Assembly (NCBI GenBank): GCA_951406725.2
Contig: OX597818.1
Coordinates: forward strand, 147,188,001 to 147,252,000
DNA: 64,000 nt
Reading direction: 5' to 3'
Source of the DNA: Octopus vulgaris
Taxonomy: Eukaryota
The notes beneath the pieces are model-generated. The model was not told the origin of the DNA, did no database searches, and saw only the letters and a program-made list of their open reading frames with translations. Both the position numbers and the translations under genes were made by a program. Numbering within the stretch: the first letter of the stretch is position 1; every line of letters begins with the position of its first letter. Of this stretch, positions 12,856-26,873 are shown in pieces.

Positions 12856-14069
12856 AAATGCATACATGAATAATTAGCAAGTAGACCAGGGACAACATTT
12901 ATTGCCCATATATGGTCAATCAGTCGTATGTAGTATGTGTGAAATTTATAAAAATTTGCACACTTAATATTTTTTTTTACCTCCAATAATGTTTTTTTTT
13001 TTTTTAATATAAATTTTATGTACCAATTTCTTAACATTTTGACAAGATTAGAAATTTGAGGAGAGGGAAGGAGGGAAGGCTATGGTGTAGATGATTGCAA
13101 AATCGATAAAGGTACATAGCAGATAGCTAACGTTATCGGCACTACATCACTCACCACACCTTTATTACTGCCATAACGAAAGGAATTATAGGTAAAGTGA
13201 ATTCAGGTAGAATTTCAATCCAAAAACGTTCGAAAATCGAAACTTAAGACATCTTTAAAAGAAATAGTGGTGGAGGGGAGCCAATTTCTCAGATACACCA
13301 ACCACATGAGAAAACTATAGTTAAATGGCAGACTTTTGGAATAGCTGTCACTGCTCCATGGAGAAGGGAAAAGGCAAAGAATTAGGCGGTTGTTTCTTTC
13401 ACTTCGTGTTTCATGCAACGCAAATTAACGATGGTGAAAGACTTTTTTCCCTAAATATTCAATTTTGTTATATCTTTGCTTTCTAATTCTGTGCTCTTTT
13501 CTTTTCCTTGAGACAGTGAAAGCTATTCCGAAACTCTACTAATTAAATTAACATATTTAATGAATTCCAATTAGGTATTTTAGACTCACAATATTAAATA
13601 TGTGGCAGTCTTTGAGTTCAAAACATCACTTCCACTTTTATTAATAAGCAGTAATGCTAAAAGTGAAAGTGAAACATAAGTAAAAGCATCTTAGTCTGGC
13701 ATTCCATAGTTTTCTAGTCTGGCATTCCATAGTTTTCTATTGTGATCGCCATTATATGAATGCGTATCTTTAGTAAAAGGCGAAAGATTTATAATGAATG
13801 CGTATCTTGTAGATAATTTATTTCTGTTTATACAAAATGCAAGCACTATAAATTCCATTTATAGCTTTGGGTTTAATGTAGCCAAATGTGTACAGCTTAA
13901 AATTTTTCCACTCTAGATTTAGGTATCGACCTGTCGAGGGTAGCCTTCAGGTATCTTGTATGTATTGTTCACAGTTAAATGAAAATTGAGGGTTGTTGAA
14001 TAAAGGAATATACCTTGCAACATACCAAGTGTCCACCTTTGATATTCACTGTGGCCTACTGTCCTACTC

Positions 14070-14140
<71 letters not shown>

Positions 14141-14173
14141 CCTACCTACCTACCTACCTACCTACCTACCTAC

Positions 14174-14230
<57 letters not shown>

Positions 14231-14898
14231 GACCGATCGATCTATATGTCTGTCTTTCTGTCTGTCTGTCTACTTATCTATTTGCTTAGCTATAGCTATG
14301 TATCTATCTAAATTTAATTGTCAATCTGTCTGTCTGTCTATACGTATGCATGTATATACATAATATATGCATGCATGTACGAATATCTTCTATAATGTAT
14401 GTATGTGATATATATAATGTATGAATGACGTATCATTTATTAAAAATAGTTAACACGACTCACACGTTCTTCCATTTTTCTCCGGTGAAAAATTAAAATG
14501 AATAAAAACTGCTTCTCATCGAAAACAATTATCTGCTGTTACAAGAATCGAAAGACACAGCTAATTAATATCCGTGTCTATATTGCATCCATTGTGTCGA
14601 ATCCAGTGTTAATATATGACATACTGAAAATAATAATGACGATTACACATCGCTGTGTAAGTACGTTGCAGAATTGTATTTTATCAATATCGGAGACAAA
14701 AAGGAAAAGTCGAACCCTTGCAGTATAATGAACCTAACGACATGCAAACTAACTCCAAATTGCATTCTTGTCCGATGTTCTACCGATTCTGTCTGTCCAC
14801 CCCATTGATGATGATGATGATGATGATGATATATATATATGCATATGTGCCTATATGTGCATATATAATCATATATATGTACATATATATGCATATGT

Positions 14899-15204
14899 GG
14901 AGGCGCAATGGCCCAGTGGTTAGGGCAGCGAACTCGCGATCGTAGGATCGCGGTTTCGATTCCCAAGCCGGGCGTTGTGAGTGTTTATTGAGCGAAAACA
15001 CTTAAAAAGCTCCACGAGGCTCCGGCTGGGGGTGGTGATCCCTGCTGTACTCTTTCACCACACTTTCTCCCACTCTTTCTTCTGTTGGCCTGCTCGCTTA
15101 GCCAGCGGGGTGGCGTCATTCGAAGGCTAAAACAATGCGAACGCATTGTGACCAGCGATGTGTAACAACATCTGATGGTCTGGTCGGTCACGTGATCACG
15201 TGAT
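14899..15204 (+). mobile_element. tRNA-derived SINE (family A)
   Basis: A-box TGGCCCAGTGG, B-box-like GGTTTCGATTCC and a CACGTGAT-repeat tail. An inverted copy lies at 54866-55160. Confidence 0.85.
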
Positions 15205-16159
15205 ATATGCATATATATTCATATATATGTGCATATATATGAATATAAATGTGCATATAAATTCATATATATGTGTATATATATGCATATATAAATATAT
15301 GTGTTTGAATATAAAGGCAGACATACAGATACAAATATATTTTTTTCCATTCTACACCACATTACTTGTGAACATCGACTCCAACTTGAGAGCAGAGAAT
15401 GTCTTTCATTAGAATTTTCGTGACTGTGGTCTTCGACCAGCTGCACGGTTCACATTGAGCTCATCCGTCCCTTGACAGGTTTTGTTTTTAGTCCTGCAAA
15501 GTGTCCACAACACCCTCCTCACTTGACAAGTCAGGTAGAGGATTTCCTGACCTGACAATGCATTGTTTCACCGCACAATATATTATCATAGTTCACATCA
15601 CGATTAGTTGGTAAGTCGATAAGGAACAAACAAAAAGACGAAGTGGTCACAGCCATGATGTGTGCGTGTGTATGTGTAAAGGCTGTGATTTCTTTTTCAA
15701 TTTTCCCGTTTCCTATCAATTCCTGTAACAATCGGCCGTGATGTCAGCCGTGGCTATCTATATATTGTGTAATGAAACGAACAACTTACTTTATTTCAAC
15801 AACGATTGACGAAGTGGGTAGTATTGAAATCATTTAGTTAATCAGTGAGCTAACTTGTGGTAAATATTCTATATTATCTTAATATGATTTACTTCGGATC
15901 AATTTCTGATTCTTAATTAACATACACATTAGTCACAGCTCATAGAGTAGTTGTTAAGTCATTGTACACTTTCAGAAATTGAATATCCCAGTATGTAACT
16001 AGTCTAATGGGATGAGGTGGACGTCTTGTGTCAAGTGAAATATTGAATACATGCATAGTGGCATATATATTTCCGTGTCAATGAAATCCTTTTATTCTAT
16101 TAACTCCTTTAAAAAAGTAATGACAATCATCAAAATAATTTAGAGGTATAATGAGTGGA

Positions 16160-16210
<51 letters not shown>

Positions 16211-16894
16211 CAGACAGACAGATAAATAGATTTCTTTTCCTAATAACTCAAGTTTCATGCTCTTACGATCTTCAAGCGGGAACTGTCTGCTGTACGTTAT
16301 TTTGCCTATGGCTACTGTTTTCATTGGCTGGTTTCTAAAGTTATATTCCTTCTATATTGTCTATAGTTGTCGTCATCTCAGTTGTTTACTCGTAGGTCGT
16401 TCTATCCTTATTAGTATGCTTCTCTCTTATTTATCTCTATATTGTTTTCTACACACAGTTATCCAAAAGTTGTTTCTCTGAAAACTTTTGAGCCGCTTCC
16501 TATTGACCACTTCAGTAGTCCCACTGAATTACATCCAATTCGCATCCAGTTTTGTTAAGTTGTATTAATAAAGTATATAGCCAAGAACATCTGTCAGAGA
16601 ACCTCCATAATATCATGCGACACAACCAAATTCTACCAAATAACCCCATTCCGCAATGAATCCCTAAAAATATTCGGGTTCAAAAGAAAATTAGTGATCA
16701 TGCCCGAATCCGCAAACCAAACAAGACCAGAAAGAGAAAGCATCATTTTGTCTAAATCGTAGTGACATGGGGCAAAAGAAATCTCAACATTGATTACCGG
16801 ACATTTAATAACCGCCTATAGGTGCCACAAACTCATCAACAGAAGCACCATAAGAGTTAACTACAGTTGCGTATGATACCAAAAACAAGCCATA

Positions 16895-16925
<31 letters not shown>

Positions 16926-16986
16926 TGTGTGTGTGTGTGTGTATGTGTGTGTGTATGTGTGTGTGTATGTGTGTGTGTGTGTGTGT

Positions 16987-17046
<60 letters not shown>

Positions 17047-18358
17047 ACTGACAGTTCATAGTTGAAAATAGATACATGTTAAGTAGAGAGTATGATTTTG
17101 TTTTAATGTATAAGGCAGTTATAGTGCTGCAAATGGGATGGGTGAACTGACAAAAACTATGTCGGAGCAACAAGTGGTTTGTTGGAAGTCAGACGCGCGT
17201 GCATAGTTATTTCCACCAATGGTATTCATCAATTTAATGGCAATCATTTTTTTTTTCAACTATGAGTGAAACGGAACCTCAATCTCCATTGCTCGGTTCA
17301 GTGAGAATTTGTCGCTGCAACACTTACCAAACACTCTAAAGTGATTATGAGCATGCTACTGCTGCTGTTTTTTCTTGTTTTCATTTAAGATCATATTTTT
17401 TAGTATCTTTCTTTTCTAAAATGGTAGGAGTTGGATTTGAGAGGAATTTGGTTGCTATTTCTAACAGATCTAGCGACCATACAGATCTGCTATTAATCCA
17501 CTCGTTATATATTCTTGTTAACGTTTAGTACCAAAAGCTTTAAGGACTACCTAAAGAAATTCAGAAATATAAAAAAGTATCTAGTTGTTGTTGATTGACC
17601 CCAGGTCAGCTCTGCTAAAGCAAGACAACGTTCAAAAACCTTTAAGCATTGACCGTCTTGTCATTTTTATAAATCAGGGACTGAGCAGTCTAATAAACCT
17701 TTCATTATTGAGGATGACCGCGTGTAATTTGAGAGTGATTTGTTAGCTATTTCTAGCAAAGTCATTGTCTCGATTTGTAAGATGATATAATGTATGCATA
17801 CTTGTCCCTGATGAGCAGTTAATTGATTCTTGTTGTCTAACCGGAACTTCATTGAGTCACCTGACACGCATGACGTTTCACATATATTATGTATGAAACA
17901 AGGGGTGATGGACAGTTTCTCACCTTTTACGTTTAATGCTTTGTGTGTGTGTGTGGTGGCGGTGGTCGAAAATCATGGCGATGGAGGGTTATTGATGGCG
18001 GAGATCGATTGATTGTGGTATGGTGGAGGGTAATTGATGATAGTGGTGGTAGCGCAGTAGTGCAGGTGTTGGCGGTAGTGAAGGTGATGGTACTACTCGG
18101 TCTCGGTGGTCCCTGGAGGTGGTGGCGGTGTAGTGATAGAGATGCTGGATAGTGGGTGTTTTCTTTTTTTTTTTTTAGTAACTCAATGCCAGCCCTGATC
18201 GAACATACAAAGGCCAGACCATGTGTGAGGGACTTAGGATCCTATTACCCAACCTGCCTGTTTTTAAGTCGGTTGGGGTGAAATTTTTGAGATTTAGCTA
18301 TTATTTCTAGCAGATCCGGTTCCCTGGGTAGAAATGATGCCGGTAGTAGTAGTAGTAA

Positions 18359-18412
<54 letters not shown>

Positions 18413-18646
18413 ATGATGATGGCAACGGTTATAGAGGAAATGGTCGTTCTGGTTAGCGCAAGTCAATACGGATCCGGATACATAATGCATGTTTCAACAA
18501 TTGATTAATTGGATGGCTGCTTTGTTGTTTGATTACATGGCTTTTTGTCTTCTATTGTCCTTTAATTATCTTCCAATTAACAGAGCTATTAAAATATGTT
18601 AACTAGCTACAACTGTTCAAAGAACACAAATGCAGACGCCGCGCAT

Positions 18647-18694
<48 letters not shown>

Positions 18695-19278
18695 AGAGAC
18701 AGACCCATAAAATTAAAGTATCATATATATATATATATATAAATAATTATAACAATGAGGGTCTTTACAACAAGTTGCTAGTTACAAATACTGTTGTCTG
18801 TGGGGACATTTTTGTAGTAAAAGAAATAACAGTCCTCTGGCTGCTATTTCTAATACTTTCGGTGTGTGGTCTAGCAACTCGTTGCAAAGACCCTCATTGT
18901 TATAATTATATATACTTTTACCGAATATGGTCCTTTTCCATATCGAAACACTACTTGGTGAAATTTATTAAATTAATTATATATCACCCTTTATCTGTAT
19001 TGTATATATATATATAAGAGCAAAGTTTTGGTCAGTTAGCATCTGAACCACACGACCTCATGTTTCTAAGATTCATATCTACATCTTTATCTGTATATTT
19101 ACCTTCCCTAAGATGTTATTAATTGATTTGAAAACTTTTATATTATTGGAAAACCTATATAAATTAGCTGAAGGTTACTCGGCATCTTAAATCTGCTGTA
19201 ATATTTACAGCTTTTAATAAAATGTTGTAGTATGAAACAATTGTACTAAATTACCGGTTTCATTCTCGTTGCTTATTT

Positions 19279-19362
<84 letters not shown>

Positions 19363-19379
19363 ATATATATATATATATA

Positions 19380-19448
<69 letters not shown>

Positions 19449-19943
19449 GCGCGTGCATACACACACATACATGCACAGACAACATGCATTACGTGTATGT
19501 ATATGTAAGCGTGTTCGCACGCATATAAATGTATGTATGTTACCAACTAGCACCTTACTTTAGCCGCCATCCCTGGTGCAGTATAAGGGTATTCTAGCCT
19601 TTTGTATTCATCTGTCCCTCACATTAGCAGTAAATTTTTAAGCTTATACAACCTTCCACACTCTAATTCTCTATTTCAAATTATTCCTATTTATATTCTC
19701 TTATTTATATACGTTTCTTCGAATATTGAAAGTTAAAATATAAAAGAGTTACTTCCCTTATCATCCCTCTTCCTTTAATATTAAGTAGAACACCAAAAGT
19801 TATCAAGCTACTATGCTACTTGCGCTTCATCTGATTTTCTGGTTACATTGACCGGCGATTTTTTCAGTATGTCTATATCATAGTGAAACGCTGACAGGCC
19901 GTTTAGTTGGCTGAATACTGAAGAATAATGTACACAAGTTTAC

Positions 19944-19996
<53 letters not shown>

Positions 19997-20099
19997 TTTA
20001 TGTTGCATAGAACTGAATCAAACTTATTAAATAATATATATATAAATTTTACCAAATGTGATGTCACTTTCTTTCGTTTGTCCAGTCACTCGTATTTCT

Positions 20100-20169
<70 letters not shown>

Positions 20170-20983
20170 GGAGAGAAAGAGGGTGTGGTATAATTATGTA
20201 CATTTTAATTTTCTGTTAACTGATAAAGATTAACATGCCATTTTAATCAATTATCTTCGAATACATTTTGCTGCAGCTAATTAACTATAAAACTGAATAT
20301 TTTTCATCCGTAAATTTTCCAAAGGTACTGACTAGTTAGTTATAATGTGTGTGTGTGTGTTTTAGTAACTACACTTATACATGCTTTGTAATTATAACGA
20401 AGGTAATTTTCCTGCTAAGCGATCAGTAGAGCGCTCAATGGAAGTAGAAATAAATCAGGTTTAGTTGTAATAATATGATATTTAATACAGCTTAAAACAA
20501 AGACATATGTGCAAATATAATCAACCATATAATCAAATGGCGGTGCCCCAGCATGGCCACAGCTCGTGAGCTGAAACTAGAATCAATCAATCATATTTTG
20601 AAATAAATGCATTACATGCTTTATACCTTTCCTTGGCACGGTCGTAGCAGGTATCACAGATGAAGACGGCGTATGTCCATAGATTTCTTTAAACGCCTGA
20701 CTGCTAGAAATCGTTTTGACTAGATTTTATTTTTGTTCCTTTGTCCTTGATATCATTACTCTAAACTTGATTCCTTGCAATATATGTTGAACTCGCTGCT
20801 AATGGCTTTGTTCCAAATGAAATATTTTCTTCATAATTGCCAGGCATTTATTTCTATTAACAACTATTGCTGCTCATTGAAGTACAATATGGAAACATGC
20901 ATGGTAGATACGTACACAAATGTATATATGTGTACATATATACATCTGCGAATGCGTGTAAACATGAATATATATATATATAT

Positions 20984-21380
20984 CGTAATGAGGTAAAAAA
21001 AAACCAAGGCAGTGTAGATTTTAGAACATTTATAAATAGGTCTTACAGCTGTTTCCAGGATATTTATTATATCCCTTCACTGGAGACTGTGTCAGAAGAT
21101 GGTTAAGCAATAGTTATTCTAGATAAGATATGAAATAGAGAGTGAGGTGGAGGAATGGAAATAGATGTGAGATATGCAGGGATACTGTATATATCTATTT
21201 TCATTGCTCCACCTCACTCTCTATTTCGTATCTTATCAAAAGTAACTATTGCTTAACCATCTTCTCACAACGTCTCCAATGAAGGGATATAATAAATATC
21301 CTAGAAACAGCTGTAAGACTTTATATTTATAAATGTTCTAAAATCTACACTGACTTGGTTTTTTTTTTAATCTCATAACG
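20984..21380. repeat. Long foldback inverted repeat (arms about 183-188 bp, loop about 26 nt), probably a Penelope-like pseudo-LTR inversion
   Basis: 20984-21166 is the diverged reverse complement of 21193-21380. Each arm carries a degenerate hammerhead-like motif. Confidence 0.85.
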
Positions 21381-21518
21381 CTGATATATGACCTAAGTTG
21401 GATCACTTATTCGCATAATCACCGAACCTGGAACTTAACTATGGTCTATCCATAGCACTTATTCAGCATTGCCTGACATCTTTGGCTCCCACTGACACAT
21501 TGCCTCTCACAACCTCTA

Positions 21519-21637
<119 letters not shown>

Positions 21638-22303
21638 ATAGACACATATATGCACAAGCATGCATAGATGTGAGTGTATAAAAGCATTTATATGTATGAG
21701 CGTATTTATGAATGCACACACACATATATATATATGCATTTACGAGCACTCGTGTGTGTGTGTGTGTGTGTATATATTTATGTTTGTATGCATGTATTTA
21801 TGTGTGCAGTAGTAGTAGAAAAGAAAAACGATTAAATACCCCAGGCTTTTTATATATGTCTGTGTAATTAGCAAATGTTAAAATTGTGGTTTAGTTTTTT
21901 AATTATATTATTTTTGTCCATTTTATTTATTTCCGGCGAAAGTAAAATGACGTTACTATCTGCTGTTTTATTGTTTAAGATGTAATTTGCGTTTAAAATT
22001 CTCCAATCTTTGTATCATTCATCGTATTTTAAGGCCTATTTCTCCCTATTCATTATCCCTTCTGGAAATTTTTACCATTTCTCCGGTAAATTCACCGCCG
22101 TATCATGACGTCACAGCGTGCAAAAGAAGAGGGGACATAGAGGGAGGGGGGGAGAGATCTTATTAACATTTATTATTTGGAAAACTGCTGCTAAATCTTT
22201 ATGCTGCTACTGCTATGACTCAACTATGAGTTCTACTATTGGTTAGAATAGCTTGACATTTCTCTTCCCTCCCATACATACCTCATAGATTTGCGCTGTC
22301 TAG

Positions 22304-22357
<54 letters not shown>

Positions 22358-22581
22358 AGAGAAATATGCAACCGCGTGTTATCGTGTCACAGTGTCTGCA
22401 TCTGCGGCGGCTTTATTAACACATGACTCATCAGACGACTTTTTGTCAAGCTTTACTTGTTTATAAAGACTATTACTTACTGAAAGAAATGTTTTAAAAA
22501 AAAATATCATTTATTTTATTTGGGCGATGTAAGTTCAAGCGATGTAAGTTCAAGTTCTACCGGTGGTTGCATTTTAATAGT

Positions 22582-22639
<58 letters not shown>

Positions 22640-22684
22640 CATACATAATACATATAGATAGATGGATAGATAGATCTATATATT

Positions 22685-22737
<53 letters not shown>

Positions 22738-23609
22738 GGGGGGGGGAATAAGTACAATCAGACTGAAGTAAGGTTTGGGGTTGATACAGTTGACTAAAAC
22801 TTTGAAAGCAGAGTCCCAGGGATGGCCACTGCCCAACGGTTGAAACAAGTTAAAGATATACATCCTATACATATATTATAGCTTTGTCTACTTTCTCATG
22901 CCGGCAATGGTTGGACGGTTTCCTACCCTTTTAGTCTCTTCTTATGACATTTAGTGATACATTTTATCTTTTTTAAACCTGGATTTAGAAAAGTTCCCCT
23001 ATCTTCAGGGCTAGAAGATACGTCACCTCACAACAATTATTCTACAAAGCTCGGATTAGTCTTCTACAAAGCTCGGATGAATCCTACAGTGGAGTATTAC
23101 TTTCGTATCTAGATTGGCGATGTTGCCGTTGCATGTGCAGTCATCCTAGACTATATCTAATAAAGGGGTCACTTGACTGATTAACATAAAGTCACTTAGC
23201 CACATTCCAGACTCCGGTCTACAGCTGTGCCGACTCGTCTCTTTCTATCTTTTATGCCATTACTCTCAATTACTATCATGACATATCCAACCTATTTTTC
23301 TCCTCCTTTCGTCACCCTTGTCACTCCGCAGGCTCCTCATTAATTCCTACACCTAGTCCTTCATTACTAGAGCGTCGGCCCCCTGCAATTTGCTCTTAAC
23401 GTATACCTTTCCTGCAGATATTGACTTAAAGATTCAAGAGGAACAATAATGACGGCGATCTCAACGGTCCAGGAAGGCCTGCGATAGCTTGGGCACTTCC
23501 CCTTCCTCCTATGTGAGTGTAATCGGCAAAACTCAGTGGTTTTTGAGCTTCTTCTCATTTCATTTGTTAGTTCAGGATGAAAGAGTGGTGCCAAGCCGTT
23601 CGAGATCAA

Positions 23610-24250
23610 TGAGTTAATATCATTGCCATTAACTTTCTGTTTAAACTGTTGCAAGTTGATGCGTGTATGAAAATCATCAGCAGGGAGGGATTTCAGTGGA
23701 CCGACATGTTCTGAGAAGGCAAAACTAGGTGAAGTTGTTCATCTGGGGCCTAAAGTGATGAGGTAAGACGAGTGAGTGAGATTATCTGAGTGGAAGCAGC
23801 GCGGGACCAACTAGCTCCGAGGAATTGAGTCCATTATCGCCAGGTACCATTAAAGAGACAAAAAGATTTCAACACAAACGGGCTTGAGATTTGAAACTTG
23901 TAAGGATAACTTGGTCAGGGACAATTTGGTAGAGGAACAATTTACAATCCAATTGAACGTGTTACCTTGAGAGAATTTGTAGAATAAATATGATATGCCA
24001 TTGGGTACAATTAATCTGACGCTTCGGACCTTAGACTTTCGTTAAAGAGCGAGGAAGATAAAATATCGTCTTGGTAACAAGCTAACCAATGGAGGACAGA
24101 TGCAACTGTAGTAATGGATGACAAATGCAACTGTAATAAGTAGAGATACAAATGTTTACTTATCCTACCGTGTGGAATTCAAAGAATTTGGATTAGCGTT
24201 AATTTAATCGATCAATATCTGCTATTTTATATTGGTTCAAAGCTGATGAT
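23610..24250 (-). mobile_element. Highly decayed non-LTR retrotransposon ORF2 3' end (CR1/Jockey-like)
   Basis: Minus-strand remnants resemble the SLCLFY...SSEL...PRT...LP...NLQQFKQKVN C-terminal pattern, with many frameshifts. Confidence 0.45.
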
Positions 24251-24354
24251 TCACTCCGACACCAATATGAGTTTCTCGGTTTATGCGTCTGTTCAGATGA
24301 CATGGAGATTCGTAGTAGCGGAGTGAATCCTTATCTTCGAACGGAGAAATAAAT

Positions 24355-24385
<31 letters not shown>

Positions 24386-26696
24386 ATCTATCTATTTATC
24401 TATCTCAAGAATGGCAACAAACTCCGACATATCATACTTGATACTTAGTTTGCACTTCCTCCCTCTAATCCCGGGAAAAAAATCGCTGAACGCATATTAA
24501 GTGAGCGAACGTTTTCTAATACCGTCTGTCATCCAAGTCTTCAAAGTTAGAAATAAATCACATGCTGTAAACTGTTCGGTCTCACTCGCCTCTCACATCA
24601 TTTACATATTTAAAAGAGTGTTGAGTTTAAGAATAAATGACCTGAAAAGCAACAATCTCTTACATTTGAATTCGATGTCAGAGACTGCTTAAAACACAGC
24701 GCCTTTGATAGTTTAAATGTTTTTGTTGAAGGTTCAAATACGGTTGTAATATATATTGGACAAGATTCTTTTGAAAAAAAAAACTGTCCAGCATTGGAGT
24801 CAGGAGAACGCTATTGCACTGTATGAAGTGTTATCTGGCATGCAAAACCCAACATGTGATCGACAGGGTCCGCTCTCGAGTCTCTTAAAGCCGCTAGTGG
24901 TGTCCATAAGGCACTGTGTTGGATTCACTTCTTTTTATAATTTACATACAACTGCACCCCAGATATACCGCCAGCTACACCAAAATTAAAATATTTGCAG
25001 ATAACTCTTAAGCTTTAGCAAGTTGTGGGCGGAATAGGTGACCGGATAAAACTTCAACGTTCTCTTCACTCAAAAGACGTCTGCATTCAATAGAGAAGAC
25101 AAAAACGAAAAAGAGAAAAGAGAGAGAGAGAGAGATGGAGAGGGAGAGTGCTTAAACGATCATATTCTCTTTCCTTAGGAGAATCTCTTATGGCATGTAA
25201 CAATATCAAAAACTTCGAAACAATTGTCCACAAAAACCTTAGCTATTAAGTCCACATCGATAATATACTTGAGATGGCTCGCATGACGTTACACTTTTCA
25301 TTTCAAAGATAGTTATCATCATTGTATTCTCTGCCTTTGTGTGATTTCATCAAGAATAATGTTGCCACTCGCTCTCGTCTGCGTTTTCTACATACCAAAG
25401 GACACATTAGGAGAACTGAGGCATTTTAGATGACAATTAACAAGAAAGAAAGGAAAAAAGGAAGAGAGAAAGGAGGAGGAGGAAGAGGAAGATATGGCAA
25501 GTTTTGAGTATAGAATCAACTCAAAACTCAAATTCCATTGTTTCCAACACAGCTATATCATTTGTACAAAGTGGAACATGTACTGTTTATTTAGCAGGTA
25601 GACATTTATCAAGGCTGGGTTCTAACCCCTTTTTTAATTATAACAGAATAGTTTAAGATGGCTATTCGTAGTAAGTCCTGATTTCTGTATGCTCCTAATC
25701 TGGCTCAGGTGAATTTGTCGAAGAATTAGAAAAGCTGGAAACAAAATCTAGAATCGAGATGTTTCAAAGTAAACCTAATAATGACAAACGCAGTATAATC
25801 TTGTCCGTGACCGCAATCAGCGCAACGAAAATTTTGACACTGTTTAACAATGAATATTTAAGTGAAGTTAACAGCTTGTGTGTTTTTGAAAGGCTATCAT
25901 GTATCTTCCAGGCTGCAGTCGTTTTCAACTCACGGTCTCAGATCAAGTCATTTGCCTGGCAAGTACACCTCACTAATGTTTTTAGTTGGAAAGATGCTAG
26001 GACTCTTCTGCCCTCATAAAGTTGGTCATGTTCTGTATACCGAAAAGGGTTAAGTAAGAACTCGATATTGTGTATCAAATGTCAGTTGTGAGTGCATAAG
26101 AGATGCATTGATGTTACAGGCAAACTGACATAGACGAAAAACTTGCGTTTAGCAGATACACGAGTGTAATTAGCAGGAGCACCAATGAAATAAATGCATT
26201 CAAATGCTCAGATGGATCCCCAGAAACAGTTGTTATCTTCTTACACTGGCGTAAAAGCTTAGTAGCCAAAGTAAAAACAAAGTGGAAAAGGTTCAGGAAA
26301 CTATTACATCAGCTGGACAAAAATGTGGATCTTCTCTAATATATATACATGTTTGCTTAAGAATGGTGAAAAATTTGCTTCACAATCACGAGCCCACTAC
26401 ATTAGCATCTCGTGCAAAGGATTTTTCTCTTTAGTTTCGAGTTGTTCCAAGTTTTGCCAGTTTGAATTGGGTACATGGAAATTGTGTGGATGCCCGAAGG
26501 ATGAACTGTACAGGTAAATTAAAGGTGCAAACTTTTCATATATTGTGTCAGCCTGATTCTAACTGAGAATTACGTTGAGTCCATGTAAATGCGGAATACA
26601 CAGCCTAATACATGCTAAATCAACGAGTAGGGAGTACAACTGACTGAATGTGTTTGTCTCTCCGCCTTCTCTTCCTTGGACCTTTCCTTTTTCTAT

Positions 26697-26731
26697 GTTT
26701 CTGACGAAGAGCTCCGCTCGAAACGTTAAAC
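26697..26731 (+). ncRNA. Minimal type-I hammerhead ribozyme motif (Penelope-like pseudo-LTR type)
   Basis: GTTT-CTGACGA-A-GAGC(TCC)GCTC-GAAAC-GTT-AAAC: intact CUGANGA/GAAA core, 4-bp helix II, palindromic ACGU helix III, GUU cleavage triplet and helix I GUUU/AAAC. Confidence 0.7.
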
Positions 26732-26824
26732 CCTCCTTCTTTACTTCTTTCCTGGGCGTCTAATAACACTATACTTGTTCCACGCCCTCGCGTTGGTGTG
26801 TTTTCTCTTTGTTCATGTTTGGAT

Positions 26825-26873
<49 letters not shown>

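Noticed and set aside
14899-14975. tRNA genes at SINE heads (also about 39600-39671, 47683-47775 and 55090-55160)
   Set aside because: A/B boxes are present, but they run into repeated SINE bodies and there is no convincing complete cloverleaf.
25420-26640. Possible decayed CR1/L2 LINE or nested gene in intron 1
   Set aside because: Only faint motif resemblance and no coherent frame, so it cannot be supported without a profile search.
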